DNA from: Biostraticola tofi
Lineage (GTDB): Bacteria > Pseudomonadota > Gammaproteobacteria > Enterobacterales > Enterobacteriaceae
Direction of reading: 5' to 3'
DNA length: 32,000 nt
Assembly: GCF_004343195.1 (NCBI RefSeq)
Contig: NZ_SMCR01000008.1
Location: 99,353-131,352 of the forward strand
Shown: in pieces, positions 1 to 9,584 of the stretch
How the letters are laid out: the number at the start of each line of letters is the position of its first letter
Numbering within the stretch: position 1 is the first letter of the stretch
Position numbers and translations under genes: made by a program
Notes under the pieces: generated by a model
Databases searched by the model: none
Told to the model about the DNA's origin: nothing
The model's input: the letters and a program-made list of their open reading frames with translations, nothing else

Positions 1-518
1 TCTTCATCGCCCAGACTGCCGCTTTCGTTATGACGGAAGCGATTTTCATCGATCAGGAAAAAGTTGACCTCAACACCCTGCGCGGCCGCCCATTTTTCCA
101 ACAGCGAGCATTTACGCTGCAATTGAGCGCGCTCTTCATTATCGAGCCATGACTGGTGACAGACCCACAGGTCAAGGTCGGAATTGGCATTCTGCCCAAT
201 AGAGGAGGTGCTGCCCATCGAGTAAAGGCCGGTGATCGGCTGCTCGCCGCTGGCCGGCGACGCGACAACGGCACCCGATTGCTGGTGGAGTTCGGCCAGC
301 CAGGCGGTTTGCTGTTCGTCAGGGACGTAAAAACAGATGCCGCTGGGAACGTTACCATCGAGGTAACCCGGAAGCATAGGGTGGTGATAATGTAATAGAG
401 TCGGCAGCAGACTGTAAACGTGTTGGAACTCCGGTCCCATCGCCGCCAATGCCCGATCAACACGCAGTTGATTGATCGCATCCAGTCTCTGTTTCAATGT
501 CTCGATATAGAAGTACAA
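1..518 (-). CDS. cyaA: Adenylate cyclase CyaA, N-terminal 172 codons (gene continues off the left edge)
   Basis: Absent from the ORF track because it is open at the window edge. Reverse-strand translation from TTG (518-516) reads (M)[57 protein letters not shown]...[14 protein letters not shown]...[18 protein letters not shown]. This matches my recollection of enterobacterial class I adenylate cyclase. E. coli cyaA also starts with UUG and is divergent from hemC. Confidence 0.9.
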   Translation of the reverse strand, partial: MYFYIETLKQRLDAINQLRVDRALAAMGPEFQHVYSLLPTLLHYHHPMLPGYLDGNVPSGICFYVPDEQQTAWLAELHQQSGAVVASPASGEQPITGLYSMGSTSSIGQNANSDLDLWVCHQSWLDNEERAQLQRKCSLLEKWAAAQGVEVNFFLIDENRFRHNESGSLGDE

Positions 519-613
519 GACGTCTCGCCTGATTGTCCCGGTGCCTGAAAGCCCATTTCCCTGCTCAGCCAATGTGAAGAATTAAAAAATGATTGGCCGC
601 CGATTGCTGGAAA

Positions 614-629
614 CGTGATCAATTTAACA
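614..629. promoter_or_regulatory. Candidate CRP-like site CGTGATCAATTTAACA in the cyaA-hemC divergent region
   Basis: Matches TGTGA-N6-TCACA at 4/5 plus 4/5 positions, about 100 bp upstream of the cyaA TTG. As I recall, E. coli cyaA is CRP-repressed. Motif match by eye only. Confidence 0.3.
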
Positions 630-814
630 CCTTGCTGTTTGACCGTAAAGAAAGTTAAGCTACCTGCTGAGTATAGCACTTTCCCTTATTGTCGCCTTCG
701 ATTCCCAATCCCCCCCATTTTCCGCTGGCTACCGCTCCCTTTTTAGCATCACCTGACAGTGGTTTACTATCAGTGGTAGGATAGTCAAAGAATTCGCCAT
801 AACGGTAATTACGC

Positions 815-1756
815 ATGCAAGACAACCTGGTAAGAATCGCCACCCGGCAAAGCCCGCTGGCCCTTTGGCAAGCGCATTATGTGCAGCGCCATCTGAAGCG
901 CCATCATCCTGGGCTGCAGGTGGTACTGGTGCCGCTAATCACCAAGGGCGATGTTTTACTGGATACGCCGCTGGCAAAAGTGGGCGGAAAAGGGCTCTTC
1001 GTCAAAGAGCTTGAACGGGCCATTCAGGATAATCGCGCCGATATCGCGGTGCATTCCATGAAGGATGTGCCGGTCGATTTCCCTGAGGGATTGGGTCTGG
1101 TGACCATCTGTGAGCGCGAGGATCCGCGTGATGCATTTGTCAGTAACCTTTATACCCATCCTGATGAAATGCCGGCCGGCAGTATCGTCGGCACGTCGAG
1201 CCTGCGTCGCCAGTGCCAGTTGCGTGAGCGCCGGCCGGATTTGGTGGTACGCGACCTGCGCGGCAATGTGGGGACCCGTCTCGGGAAACTGGACAACGGC
1301 GAATACGATGCGGTGATCCTGGCAGTGGCAGGACTGACGCGCCTGGGGCTGGACGACCGCATCCGCCTGGCGCTGGATCCCACCGATTCCTTACCGGCAG
1401 TCGGACAGGGGGCGGTCGGCATTGAATGCCGGCTGGATGACCTGCGTATCCGTCAACTGCTGGCCCCACTGAATCATACTGAGACGGCATTAAGGGTACG
1501 CTCGGAACGGGCGATGAACGCCCGGCTTGAAGGCGGTTGCCAGGTGCCGATCGGCAGCTATGCTGAAATCATCGGCGATCACCTCTGGCTACGCGCACTG
1601 GTCGGCGCGCCGGACGGCAGCCGGGTTATCCGGGCCGAACAGCGCGCCCCGCTGGCCGACGCCGAAGCGCTCGGTGTGGCCCTGGCCGACAGATTGCTGG
1701 ACCAAGGCGCGCGCCAGATTCTTGATGACGTGTATCGGAACAGTCCAGAGCAATGA
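815..1756 (+). CDS. hemC: Porphobilinogen deaminase (hydroxymethylbilane synthase)
   Basis: 313 aa [44 protein letters not shown] and [10 protein letters not shown] track E. coli HemC almost residue for residue. Divergent from cyaA as in E. coli. Confidence 0.97.
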   Translation: MQDNLVRIATRQSPLALWQAHYVQRHLKRHHPGLQVVLVPLITKGDVLLDTPLAKVGGKGLFVKELERAIQDNRADIAVHSMKDVPVDFPEGLGLVTICEREDPRDAFVSNLYTHPDEMPAGSIVGTSSLRRQCQLRERRPDLVVRDLRGNVGTRLGKLDNGEYDAVILAVAGLTRLGLDDRIRLALDPTDSLPAVGQGAVGIECRLDDLRIRQLLAPLNHTETALRVRSERAMNARLEGGCQVPIGSYAEIIGDHLWLRALVGAPDGSRVIRAEQRAPLADAEALGVALADRLLDQGARQILDDVYRNSPEQ

Positions 1757-2493
1757 GTATCCTGGTGACCCGCCCCTCTCCGGCCGGCGAACAGCTGGTC
1801 GGCCGCTTGCGGGCGATGGGCCGGTCGGCCTGGCATCTGCCGCTGATTGATGTCGCTCCCGGACGCGAGCTGGCAGAGCTGCCGGCCCGACTGGCAGCCT
1901 GCCGGCCCGGCGATATGGTGTTCCTGGTCTCGCGTCACGCAATCAGTTACGCCGATGCCTGGCTGAACCGCCATGGCGGCCACTGGCCCGCTTCTCTGCG
2001 TTATTACGCGGTTGGCCGCACCAGCGGACTGCTGATGCATCAGGTCAGCGGACGGCCGGTCGAGTGGCCCGCCGAAGGCCAGACCAGCGAGGATGTGCTG
2101 CTGCTGCCCTCGCTCAGCGCTGTCGCCGGCAGGCGTGCGCTGATCCTGCGCGGCAACGGCGGCCGGGAAGTTTTAAAACAAACATTGCAGCAAAGACAGG
2201 TAAGTGTCTGCTATTGTGAATGCTATCAGCGCAGGCCGGTTTTTTATGAAGGTGATGAACAAAGTCGCCGGTTCATTCAATTAGGTGTTAATACGATTGT
2301 CATTACCAGCGGCGAAATGCTGCAGCAATTCTATACTTTAATTCCTGAATACTTTCGGACTTCATGGCTGCTGGGTTGTCGGCTGGTGGTAATAAGTGAA
2401 CGGCTGGCGATGCTTGGGCGCCAATTAGGCTGGACGGATATCGTCGTAGCTAACGCGGCAGACAATGATGCGCTTATGCGCGTACTGCTCTAA
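1753..2493 (+). CDS. hemD: Uroporphyrinogen-III synthase
   Basis: 246 aa. [13 protein letters not shown]..., [11 protein letters not shown] and ITSGEMLQQ match E. coli HemD. ATGA start/stop overlap with hemC (1753-1756). Confidence 0.95.
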   Translation: MSILVTRPSPAGEQLVGRLRAMGRSAWHLPLIDVAPGRELAELPARLAACRPGDMVFLVSRHAISYADAWLNRHGGHWPASLRYYAVGRTSGLLMHQVSGRPVEWPAEGQTSEDVLLLPSLSAVAGRRALILRGNGGREVLKQTLQQRQVSVCYCECYQRRPVFYEGDEQSRRFIQLGVNTIVITSGEMLQQFYTLIPEYFRTSWLLGCRLVVISERLAMLGRQLGWTDIVVANAADNDALMRVLL

Positions 2494-2516
2494 TTTCAAT
2501 GACGGGATAGATCAAC

Positions 2517-3797
2517 ATGACGGAACACATACCTCCAACGACTCCGCCGGAAGACGCGTCCAGCAAAAATCAGACTCCCCCGGCCGCCGCTGCCGGCAAC
2601 GGATCGACGACAGTGAAACCCAGCCTGGAAAAGCCGGTCGGTCATTCCGGTGGTAGTGGCGCCTCCGGGAGTGCCGCAGCGGCGAAATCGGCCGATAAAA
2701 CATCCGTCAGTCTTATCCTCGCCGTAGCCGCCATTATTCTCGCCATTTTACTGGCGGGCTGGCTTTATTTGAGCCTGGGCCGCCAGGTCAAACAGCAGGC
2801 CGTCGCCAACAGCGAGCTGCAGGCAAGTCTTGATTCACTTAATCAATCTTTGCAGCAGCAGCAGCAGCAGTCCAGTAGCTCGTTCGATGAGCAGGGAAAA
2901 GCGCTGGACAGCGCTCGCCGACAGCAGGACGCCCAGCAACGCCAGTTGAGTGAACTGCAGGACAAAGTCGCCACCATTTCTGGAACCGACGCCAAAACCT
3001 GGCTGCTCGCCCAGGCTGACTTCCTGGTCAAAATGGCCGGCCGCAAATTATGGAGCGATCAGGATATCGTCACCGCCGCCGCATTGCTGAAAAGCGCTGA
3101 CGCCAGTCTGGCCGACATGAACGATCCCAGCCTGATGAATGTCCGCCGCGCCATCACCGAGGATGTCGGCGACTTGTCATCAGTGGCTCAGGTTGATTTC
3201 GACGGCATTATCCTTAAAGTCAACCTGCTCTCCAACCAGGTGGATAACTTGCGTCTGGCCGACAGCAATAACGATGACTCGCCAATGGACAGCGACAGCA
3301 GCGAGCTGTCCGCATCGGTGCGTGAATGGCGTCAGAACCTCAGTAAAAGCTGGCACAATTTCATGAATGATTTTATCACCATTCGCCGCCGCGATAGCCA
3401 TGCCGAACCGCTGCTGGCGCCCAATCAGGATATCTATCTGCGCGAGAATATCCGTTCCCGCCTGCTGGTTGCCGCCCAGGCAGTACCCCGCCATCAGAAT
3501 GAAGTCTACCAGCAGTCGCTGGAAACGATCTCCACCTGGGTACGCGCCTATTTTGATCCTGATGATGCGACGACCCGCGCCTTCCTGGCCGATGTCGATG
3601 AGCTTAGCCAGCAAAGCATCAGCCTGGATGTGCCGGACCAGTTACGCAGCCAGCCACTGCTGGAAAAGCTGATGCAGACCCGGGTACGCAACCTGCTGTC
3701 TCAGCAGCCGCAGCCGGCAGAGCCGGTGACGCCATCCCAACAGCCGTCACCATCACAGCAGCCACCGCAGCCGGCCGCCGCCAACCAGGGGGAATAA
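2517..3797 (+). CDS. hemX: HemX (putative uroporphyrinogen-III C-methyltransferase-like membrane protein)
   Basis: 426 aa. The central and C-terminal part ([30 protein letters not shown]..., [29 protein letters not shown]) matches E. coli HemX. The N- and C-termini are low complexity, with a poly-Q encoded by (CAG)6 at 2853-2870. Confidence 0.92.
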   Translation: MTEHIPPTTPPEDASSKNQTPPAAAAGNGSTTVKPSLEKPVGHSGGSGASGSAAAAKSADKTSVSLILAVAAIILAILLAGWLYLSLGRQVKQQAVANSELQASLDSLNQSLQQQQQQSSSSFDEQGKALDSARRQQDAQQRQLSELQDKVATISGTDAKTWLLAQADFLVKMAGRKLWSDQDIVTAAALLKSADASLADMNDPSLMNVRRAITEDVGDLSSVAQVDFDGIILKVNLLSNQVDNLRLADSNNDDSPMDSDSSELSASVREWRQNLSKSWHNFMNDFITIRRRDSHAEPLLAPNQDIYLRENIRSRLLVAAQAVPRHQNEVYQQSLETISTWVRAYFDPDDATTRAFLADVDELSQQSISLDVPDQLRSQPLLEKLMQTRVRNLLSQQPQPAEPVTPSQQPSPSQQPPQPAAANQGE

Positions 3798-3800
3798 ACG

Positions 3801-5039
3801 ATGCTACGCGTATTGTCACTGTTCATCCTGTTGATTGCCGGGATTGTTATCGGCCCGATCGTCGCCGGACATCAAGGCTATGTCCTGATCCAGACCGACA
3901 ACTATAACGTGGAAACCAGCGTCACCGGCCTGGCGATTATTCTGGTGCTGGCGGTAGTTATTCTTTTTATTATCGAATGGCTGCTGCGCCGCCTGATGAC
4001 GGCCGGCAGCCACACCCGTCGTTGGTTTCACGGCCGCAAAAATCACCGCGCCCGCAAACACACCCGTGCGGCGCTGATGAAACTGGCCGAAGGCGACTAT
4101 CGCCAGGTCGAAAAATTGATGGCCCGCGACGCCCGCCATGCGGATCAGCCGGTGGTTAACTATCTGCTGGCGGCAGAAGCCGCCCAGCAGCGAGGCGACG
4201 ATATCCGCAGCAACCAGTATCTGGAGCATGCGGCGGAAGCGGCGGAAGATGACCAGCTGCCGGTGGATATCACCCGGGTGCGTATCCAGCTGGCTCGCCA
4301 TGAAGATCATGCCGCCCGCCATGGCGTGGACCGCCTGCTGGAAATGGCACCGCGTCATCCGGAAGTGCTTCGGCTGGCCGAGCAGGCGTTTACCCGCACT
4401 CACGGCTGGCAGGCGCTGCTCGATATCCTGCCGGCAATGCGCAAAACCCAGATCTATGACGAAAGCCGGATCCAGGAACTGGAACGGATAGCCTACAGTG
4501 GCCTGATGGATCAGATCATGGAAAACCAGGGTAGCGAGGGTCTTAATAGCTGGTGGCAGGGCCAGAGCCGCAAGGTACGTAATGACGCGCGGCTGCAGGT
4601 TGCGCTGGCTGAACATCTTATCTTGTGCAATGACCACGACACCGCTCAGAAGATTGTGGTCAAGAGCCTCAAGCATCACCAGGATGAGTCCCTGCTGCTG
4701 TTATTGCCGCGCTTGAAGAGCGGCGACCCTGAAACGCTTGAAAAAGCGCTTCGGCAGCAGATAAAACAACATGGCGCCACGCCGCTGTCGAACAGCACCA
4801 TGGGGCAATTGCTAATGAAACGGGCCGAGTGGCAGACGGCCAGCGACTATTTTCGCGCCGCGCTTAAACAGCGTCCCGATGCCCATGACTTTGCCTGGCT
4901 GGCCGACGTGCTGGACCGCCTGCATAAACCCGAGGAATCCGCCGAGATGCGCCGGGAGGGCCTGATGCTGACGCTTGCCCCCCCTGCTGCCGCCGCTTCG
5001 GTGACGCCGACACCGGCGGCCCCGCTGAATAAAATGTAG
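3801..5039 (+). CDS. hemY: HemY (heme biosynthesis-associated TPR membrane protein)
   Basis: 412 aa. N-terminus MLRVLSLFILLIAGIVIGPIVAGHQGYVLIQTDNYNVETSVTGLAIIL and C-terminal AALKQRPDAHDFAWLADVLDRLHKPEE match E. coli HemY. Fourth gene of hemCDXY. Confidence 0.93.
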   Translation: MLRVLSLFILLIAGIVIGPIVAGHQGYVLIQTDNYNVETSVTGLAIILVLAVVILFIIEWLLRRLMTAGSHTRRWFHGRKNHRARKHTRAALMKLAEGDYRQVEKLMARDARHADQPVVNYLLAAEAAQQRGDDIRSNQYLEHAAEAAEDDQLPVDITRVRIQLARHEDHAARHGVDRLLEMAPRHPEVLRLAEQAFTRTHGWQALLDILPAMRKTQIYDESRIQELERIAYSGLMDQIMENQGSEGLNSWWQGQSRKVRNDARLQVALAEHLILCNDHDTAQKIVVKSLKHHQDESLLLLLPRLKSGDPETLEKALRQQIKQHGATPLSNSTMGQLLMKRAEWQTASDYFRAALKQRPDAHDFAWLADVLDRLHKPEESAEMRREGLMLTLAPPAAAASVTPTPAAPLNKM

Positions 5040-5183
5040 CCTGTACTGTGCCCGCTGCCCGAGGGTGTGTAGCCTGTACTGTGCCCGCTGCCTGAGGGGC
5101 TGCAGTGTAGCCTGTACTGTGCCCGCTGCCTGGGGGGCTGCGGTGTAGCCTGTACTGTGCCCGCTGCCTGAGGGGGCTGCGGG
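5036..5183. repeat. Tandem minisatellite, 4 units of 33/38/38/39 bp
   Basis: Units start at 5036, 5069, 5107 and 5145. Each begins with the identical 24-mer GTAGCCTGTACTGTGCCCGCTGCC followed by a variable G-rich tail. The first unit includes the hemY TAG stop (5037-5039). Confidence 0.95.
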
Positions 5184-5253
5184 ATGTTTACCTTGGCGGT
5201 TACGTAACCGGTAAACAGGCAGACCCGTAAAAGTGACCACCGGGAGATCCGTT

Positions 5254-6417
5254 GTGATTAAATTACTGGCTATTTCCGGCTATCGCTCCTTGCGCAATCT
5301 GGTGATGGAACTGGGCCAGGTCACGGTGATTACCGGCGCCAACGGTACCGGCAAATCAAGCATTTATCGCGCCCTCAACCTGCTGGCCGATATCGCCCAG
5401 AACCGCATCATTCCCTCGCTTGCCGCCGATGGCGGACTTCAGTCCACGCTGTGGGCCGGGCCTGAAACATTCGCCCGGTCGGTGAAACAGGGTCAGTACC
5501 CGGTGCAGGGTACCGGATCGCGTAGAGCGCCCATCAGTCTGAAGCTCGGCTTTTCCAGCGACACCTTTGGTTATGCCATCGATTTAGGTCTGCCAATTAT
5601 CGAAAAGGAAGTGACGCTGTTTTCACGGGATCCCCATATCAAAGCCGAGGCGGTCTGGCATGGGGAACGGTTGAGCGGCCACAGCCTGCTGGCCGAACGC
5701 CGCGGACCGGCGGTCCAGGTGCGTGACAGTGCAGGCATCTGGCAGCAGCCTTTTCATTCCCTGGCGGTGTTTGACAGCATGATGACGCACTGCATCGATC
5801 CGCAGAATGCGCCCGAACTGCTGATGATGCGCGAAAGGATGCGCAACTGGCGATTTTACGATCACCTGCGTACCGATAAAGACGCTCCGGCCCGTAAACC
5901 GCAAATCGGCACCCAGACGCCGTCGCTGGCCAGCGACGGGGCTTCCCTGGCGGCCGCTATCCAGACTATTCGGGAGATAGGTTTCAGTGAGGATCTAGAT
6001 GAAGCTATCGACGATGCCTTCCCCGGCGCCCGACTCAGCGTAATTGAAAACCAGGGCTACCTGGAGCTGCAAATGGAACAGCCTGGGCTGCTGCGCCCGC
6101 TTAAAAGCGCTGAGCTGTCAGACGGCACATTGCGATTCCTGTTGCTGGCGGCGGCCCTGCTTTCTCCCCGTCCACCTGAGCTGATGATCTTGAATGAGCC
6201 TGAAACCAGCCTGCACCCTGAGCTGCTACCGGCATTAGCCCGGCTTATCTGTAAAGCATCCGACCGAAGCCAGATCATTATTGTATCCCATGCCAGCGCA
6301 TTGGTATCCGCACTGGGCAGCGGGGCAGACATCACGCCGGTTACCCTTTACAAACAGCTGGGCGAGACATTGATTGACAACAGCACCTCGCCGCCCTGGC
6401 AATGGCCATCCCGTTAG
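5254..6417 (+). CDS. SMC/ABC-type P-loop ATPase (AAA_21 / COG4637-like), no adjacent partner gene
   Basis: Walker A GANGTGKSS. ABC-signature-like LSDGTLRFLLLAAAL. Walker B/D-loop ELMILNEPETSLHP. H-loop IIIVSHA. The ORF track starts at GTG 5233. I prefer GTG 5254 (VIKLLAISGYRSL..., a typical N-terminal strand) because GGGAGA (5242-5247) sits 6 nt upstream. Confidence 0.8.
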   Translation: MIKLLAISGYRSLRNLVMELGQVTVITGANGTGKSSIYRALNLLADIAQNRIIPSLAADGGLQSTLWAGPETFARSVKQGQYPVQGTGSRRAPISLKLGFSSDTFGYAIDLGLPIIEKEVTLFSRDPHIKAEAVWHGERLSGHSLLAERRGPAVQVRDSAGIWQQPFHSLAVFDSMMTHCIDPQNAPELLMMRERMRNWRFYDHLRTDKDAPARKPQIGTQTPSLASDGASLAAAIQTIREIGFSEDLDEAIDDAFPGARLSVIENQGYLELQMEQPGLLRPLKSAELSDGTLRFLLLAAALLSPRPPELMILNEPETSLHPELLPALARLICKASDRSQIIIVSHASALVSALGSGADITPVTLYKQLGETLIDNSTSPPWQWPSR

Positions 6418-6531
6418 GTCCTGCATCGCCCAGGATCCACCGCCGGGATTGCAGGATAATATTTCCTATTTCAGGGTGTTTTGATGTACCTTGCTGACAG
6501 GCAGAACCGCCGAATGGAGCAAGACTACCCT

Positions 6532-8745
6532 ATGAAATGGACCATCCTGTTAGCCAGCGTCTGGGTGCTGGCCTTACCGCTGACAAGCCAGGCCTCATCC
6601 GATGGGCTATGCGGATTTTCTGATGATGAATGCGGCGTATCCGCCTTGCCATACCTTCAGCCCGCTAATGACACCCGCGTCAATCTACTGCTGCTGCTGG
6701 CAAGCCAGAAAGACCTGACGCTGCCGGTGCCACAGCCGATTCCGGTTGAATCGCGCTCAATGGTCAACCCGTTTACCGCTTACCGTGTTATGGGCCTCAG
6801 TGCGCTGGATAGCGATCAGCCAGGGGGGGCAGGCAGTACATCCGAAGAGGATGAGGATGCTGCGCTGGCCGTCGACGGCAATGCCGATCGCCGGGCGGTC
6901 CCCCTCCCCGAGGTTTACCGGCTGGCCAGCCAGCTTAACCTGCCGACAGATATCCTCGAATCCCTGCGCCAGCCCCAGAGTCAACGCGAAGGCCGGCAGA
7001 TATCCAATGATACCGATTCAGTCTCGCTGTTTTTGCAGCAACTGATCGATGACAGCGCCTTGTCTGCCCCACAGCGGACCACGCTTGCCCAAACTCGGCT
7101 GGTGATGATGTCTGGTGTCTATGACCACGAACAGTTATCCCAAATGCTGTCGTCCCTGCCCAATGATGGCCCGGCGGCGGATTTTAAACACTATCTGCTG
7201 AATGCGGCGGCCTTTTACCATGGTGATTTTGACCGGGCCAGCCAGGGATTCGAGGCATTGAAAGCTTCATCCCAGCCCTGGGTTGCCGAAACCGCCAGCT
7301 ACATGCTGATCCGTCTGGCGATCAACAAATCGGTGGTCAATGCACTGGACGAATATAATATGTTTGATATGGCCAAGGCCGACCGCGTCACCGCCGCTCT
7401 TGCCTTAACCCGTATCAATGATTATCTCAAACAGTACCCCAAAGGCGCCTATGCTTCTTCCGCCGCCGGCCTGGTGCGCCGCGTTAACTGGATACTGGGC
7501 GATGCCGCAGCCCTGGACCTGAATTTCCAGCAGGCGTTTAACGCGATTGACAATGTCAACCAACTGCAGATCCTGGCTGATGAGGTCGATAATAAGCTGC
7601 TGGAAAACCCCGCGTTTCTGGTTGGCAACGCTACCCTGATGCTGGTGCAGGATCTGAAACGCTTGCGCAGTGACAAAGGCTGGAATGCTTTCGGACCGCT
7701 GTCCGGTCAGGATGTGGCCGACCAGCTGTCACTGTTCGACCAGGTCGGACGGCAGGATTATTCAGCCTATCTGCAGCTGGCCAGGCAATTCTATATCGAC
7801 AAGGACTATCCCGCCGTATTGTCAGCGGTAACGGCCTATAAAGGCAAAGATCTCAGTAATGTCATTGACTTCAGTCAGCAGGTATTGCGCGGCCAGGCAA
7901 TGGAAAAACAGCAGGCCTTCAGCGATGCCGAACAACACTGGCGTCATTTGCTGACGCTGAAAACCAGCTATACCCAGCAGCAATACCTGCAGTATGCCCT
8001 GGCGCTTAATCTGGCCTACAGCGGGCACCCGGAAAAAATCTTCGCCAAGGATAGCCCGGTGACCAATCTGCGTTTTCGTTCCAGCGTGCTGAAATTCTCC
8101 GCCAATGCCCAGGTGCTGCGCCAGCAGAGTCAATCCGGCCCCAGCGCGGAAGAACGGACCATCGCCCTGCATACGCTGCTGACCAAAGAGCTGACGCACG
8201 GACTGTTCAGCGACTTCCTGCAAGACGCCGAGCTGCGGGCTTCTATTCCGGCACAAAGCAAAACCGACGATGACAATAACAGCAACGACGATGCGCTGAC
8301 GGTATTCAACTGGGACGGCAGCACAACCGAAAGCGGCTATCAATGCCCGGCGCTTGAGGCGACGGTGCAGACCTTGCAAACGAACCCCAATGACGCCAGG
8401 GCGATGAACTGCCTGGGCGAGTTCTTTCTGCGTACCGACAATGACGTCTACCAGGACTGGGATGAGCTGTATACCCTGAGCGCGCTCGCCAGCGCCCCCA
8501 CCACTTTTGAGGGTAAAACCTGGAGTCGGCTGGATGGATACATGGCAGTGATTAATGATGCCAAAGCGCCGGCGGAAGACCGCAGTTATGCGTTGTATCG
8601 CGCCATTAACTGCTATGCGCCCAGCGGCAATAATGATTGCGGCACCCAGCAGATAAGCAAAGCCCAGCGCAAAGCCTGGTTCAGGCAACTGAAATCCGAC
8701 TATAAAGGCAGCCAGTGGGCAAAACAGCTCAACTACTACTGGTAA
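6532..8745 (+). CDS. Secreted/periplasmic protein of unknown function (737 aa precursor)
   Basis: The long ORF is open from 6481 (TTG). ATG 6532 gives a classical Sec signal peptide, MKWTILLASVWVLALPLTSQA/SS. The mature part looks helical and TPR-like, has an acidic stretch (DDDNNSNDD), and has clustered Cys residues near both ends. I recognise no catalytic motif. Confidence 0.75.
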   Translation: MKWTILLASVWVLALPLTSQASSDGLCGFSDDECGVSALPYLQPANDTRVNLLLLLASQKDLTLPVPQPIPVESRSMVNPFTAYRVMGLSALDSDQPGGAGSTSEEDEDAALAVDGNADRRAVPLPEVYRLASQLNLPTDILESLRQPQSQREGRQISNDTDSVSLFLQQLIDDSALSAPQRTTLAQTRLVMMSGVYDHEQLSQMLSSLPNDGPAADFKHYLLNAAAFYHGDFDRASQGFEALKASSQPWVAETASYMLIRLAINKSVVNALDEYNMFDMAKADRVTAALALTRINDYLKQYPKGAYASSAAGLVRRVNWILGDAAALDLNFQQAFNAIDNVNQLQILADEVDNKLLENPAFLVGNATLMLVQDLKRLRSDKGWNAFGPLSGQDVADQLSLFDQVGRQDYSAYLQLARQFYIDKDYPAVLSAVTAYKGKDLSNVIDFSQQVLRGQAMEKQQAFSDAEQHWRHLLTLKTSYTQQQYLQYALALNLAYSGHPEKIFAKDSPVTNLRFRSSVLKFSANAQVLRQQSQSGPSAEERTIALHTLLTKELTHGLFSDFLQDAELRASIPAQSKTDDDNNSNDDALTVFNWDGSTTESGYQCPALEATVQTLQTNPNDARAMNCLGEFFLRTDNDVYQDWDELYTLSALASAPTTFEGKTWSRLDGYMAVINDAKAPAEDRSYALYRAINCYAPSGNNDCGTQQISKAQRKAWFRQLKSDYKGSQWAKQLNYYW

Positions 8746-9482
8746 TCGTCTGTCTGCTGCTGTCGACCTTGCCGGCGACAGCGGCGGTTACGCTCTCTGA
8801 GACACAGGCCGAACAGGTCGAGGCATCCCGCTATCGGGCTTATTGGCTATGGGCGGCGGTGCGCCCCCAACAGGTGCTTCATCGCGCCGAGACCCTTTAT
8901 CTGCACCAGGGAGAGTTTGCCCGGCGTCAGGGCAAATCCGTATTCCTGCGCCAGGGACTGCCGCCCAGCCGGCTTAAGGTGCGACAACTGTGGCTGTCTT
9001 TCAGGTTCAGTAGCCTCGATACACCGGCAGCCGCTGCCCAGCAGATGTTCAGGCTGCGCCAATCATGGATTGACGCGGGCAATCCGGCTACCGGTATCCA
9101 GATAGATTTTGACGCCCACAGCTACCAACTGGCCAATTACGTGCGCTTTTTACAGCAATTGCGCCGGATGTTGCCCAAGGAGTGCGGGCTGAGTATTACC
9201 GGTCTGCTGGACTGGGCTAAAACCGGCGATATCAATACGCTAAACCGTCTGCACGCGGTGGTCGACGAATTGGTGGTGCAGACTTATCAGGGCCGGCAAA
9301 CGGTACCGGGCTATGGCGCCTACCTGCCGGCGCTGCTGCATCTCAGAGTGCCGTTTCGTATCGGCCTGGTGCAGCAGGGCCATTGGGACCGTCGCTGGGA
9401 GCAACGCTTGGCAGCCTCCCGCTGGTATCGCGGCGCGGTGGTGTTCCTGGTCAATCCGGCGCATCGCCGGCAAACGTTATAA
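8715..9482 (+). CDS. Secreted protein of unknown function (255 aa); possibly DUF3142-like from memory only
   Basis: GTG start overlaps the upstream stop by 31 nt. Signal-peptide-like N-terminus MGKTAQLLLVIVCLLLSTLPATA/AV. Internal GIQIDFD and VVQTYQG segments are reminiscent of TIM-barrel glycosidase-like folds. Family assignment is unverified. Confidence 0.62.
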   Translation: MGKTAQLLLVIVCLLLSTLPATAAVTLSETQAEQVEASRYRAYWLWAAVRPQQVLHRAETLYLHQGEFARRQGKSVFLRQGLPPSRLKVRQLWLSFRFSSLDTPAAAAQQMFRLRQSWIDAGNPATGIQIDFDAHSYQLANYVRFLQQLRRMLPKECGLSITGLLDWAKTGDINTLNRLHAVVDELVVQTYQGRQTVPGYGAYLPALLHLRVPFRIGLVQQGHWDRRWEQRLAASRWYRGAVVFLVNPAHRRQTL

Positions 9483-9584
9483 TCTATTTAACCGGTATAG
9501 CCAGGCAGGCTAATATCAGCGAGGCAAATAGCGCAGACTACGGCTTTACCCGATCTCTTATTCTCCACCTTTCAGCGTCGTACC

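Noticed and set aside
53-481. 142-aa minus-strand ORF (and the 156-395 plus-strand ORF) in the first 500 bp
   Set aside because: They are in the wrong frame or strand relative to the clearly recognisable cyaA reading frame (TTG 518 downward). Their translations are Arg/Ser/Pro-rich nonsense typical of off-frame GC-rich DNA.
3816-4679. Long antisense or overlapping ORFs: 3816-4679(-), 7822-8688(-), 14681-15505(-), 16213-16851(-), 11683-12300(-), 27723-28601(+), 22886-23458(+), 25476-25973(+) and similar
   Set aside because: Each lies opposite or out of frame to a gene with strong homology-based support. Their products are low-complexity and Arg/Gly/Pro/Gln-rich with no motifs. Long spurious ORFs are expected on the antisense strand of GC-rich genes.
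5036-5183. The tandem arrays at 5036-5183 and 11806-11958 as possible CRISPR arrays
   Set aside because: Units are directly adjacent with no unique spacers. There are no cas genes. The second array is in-frame coding sequence.
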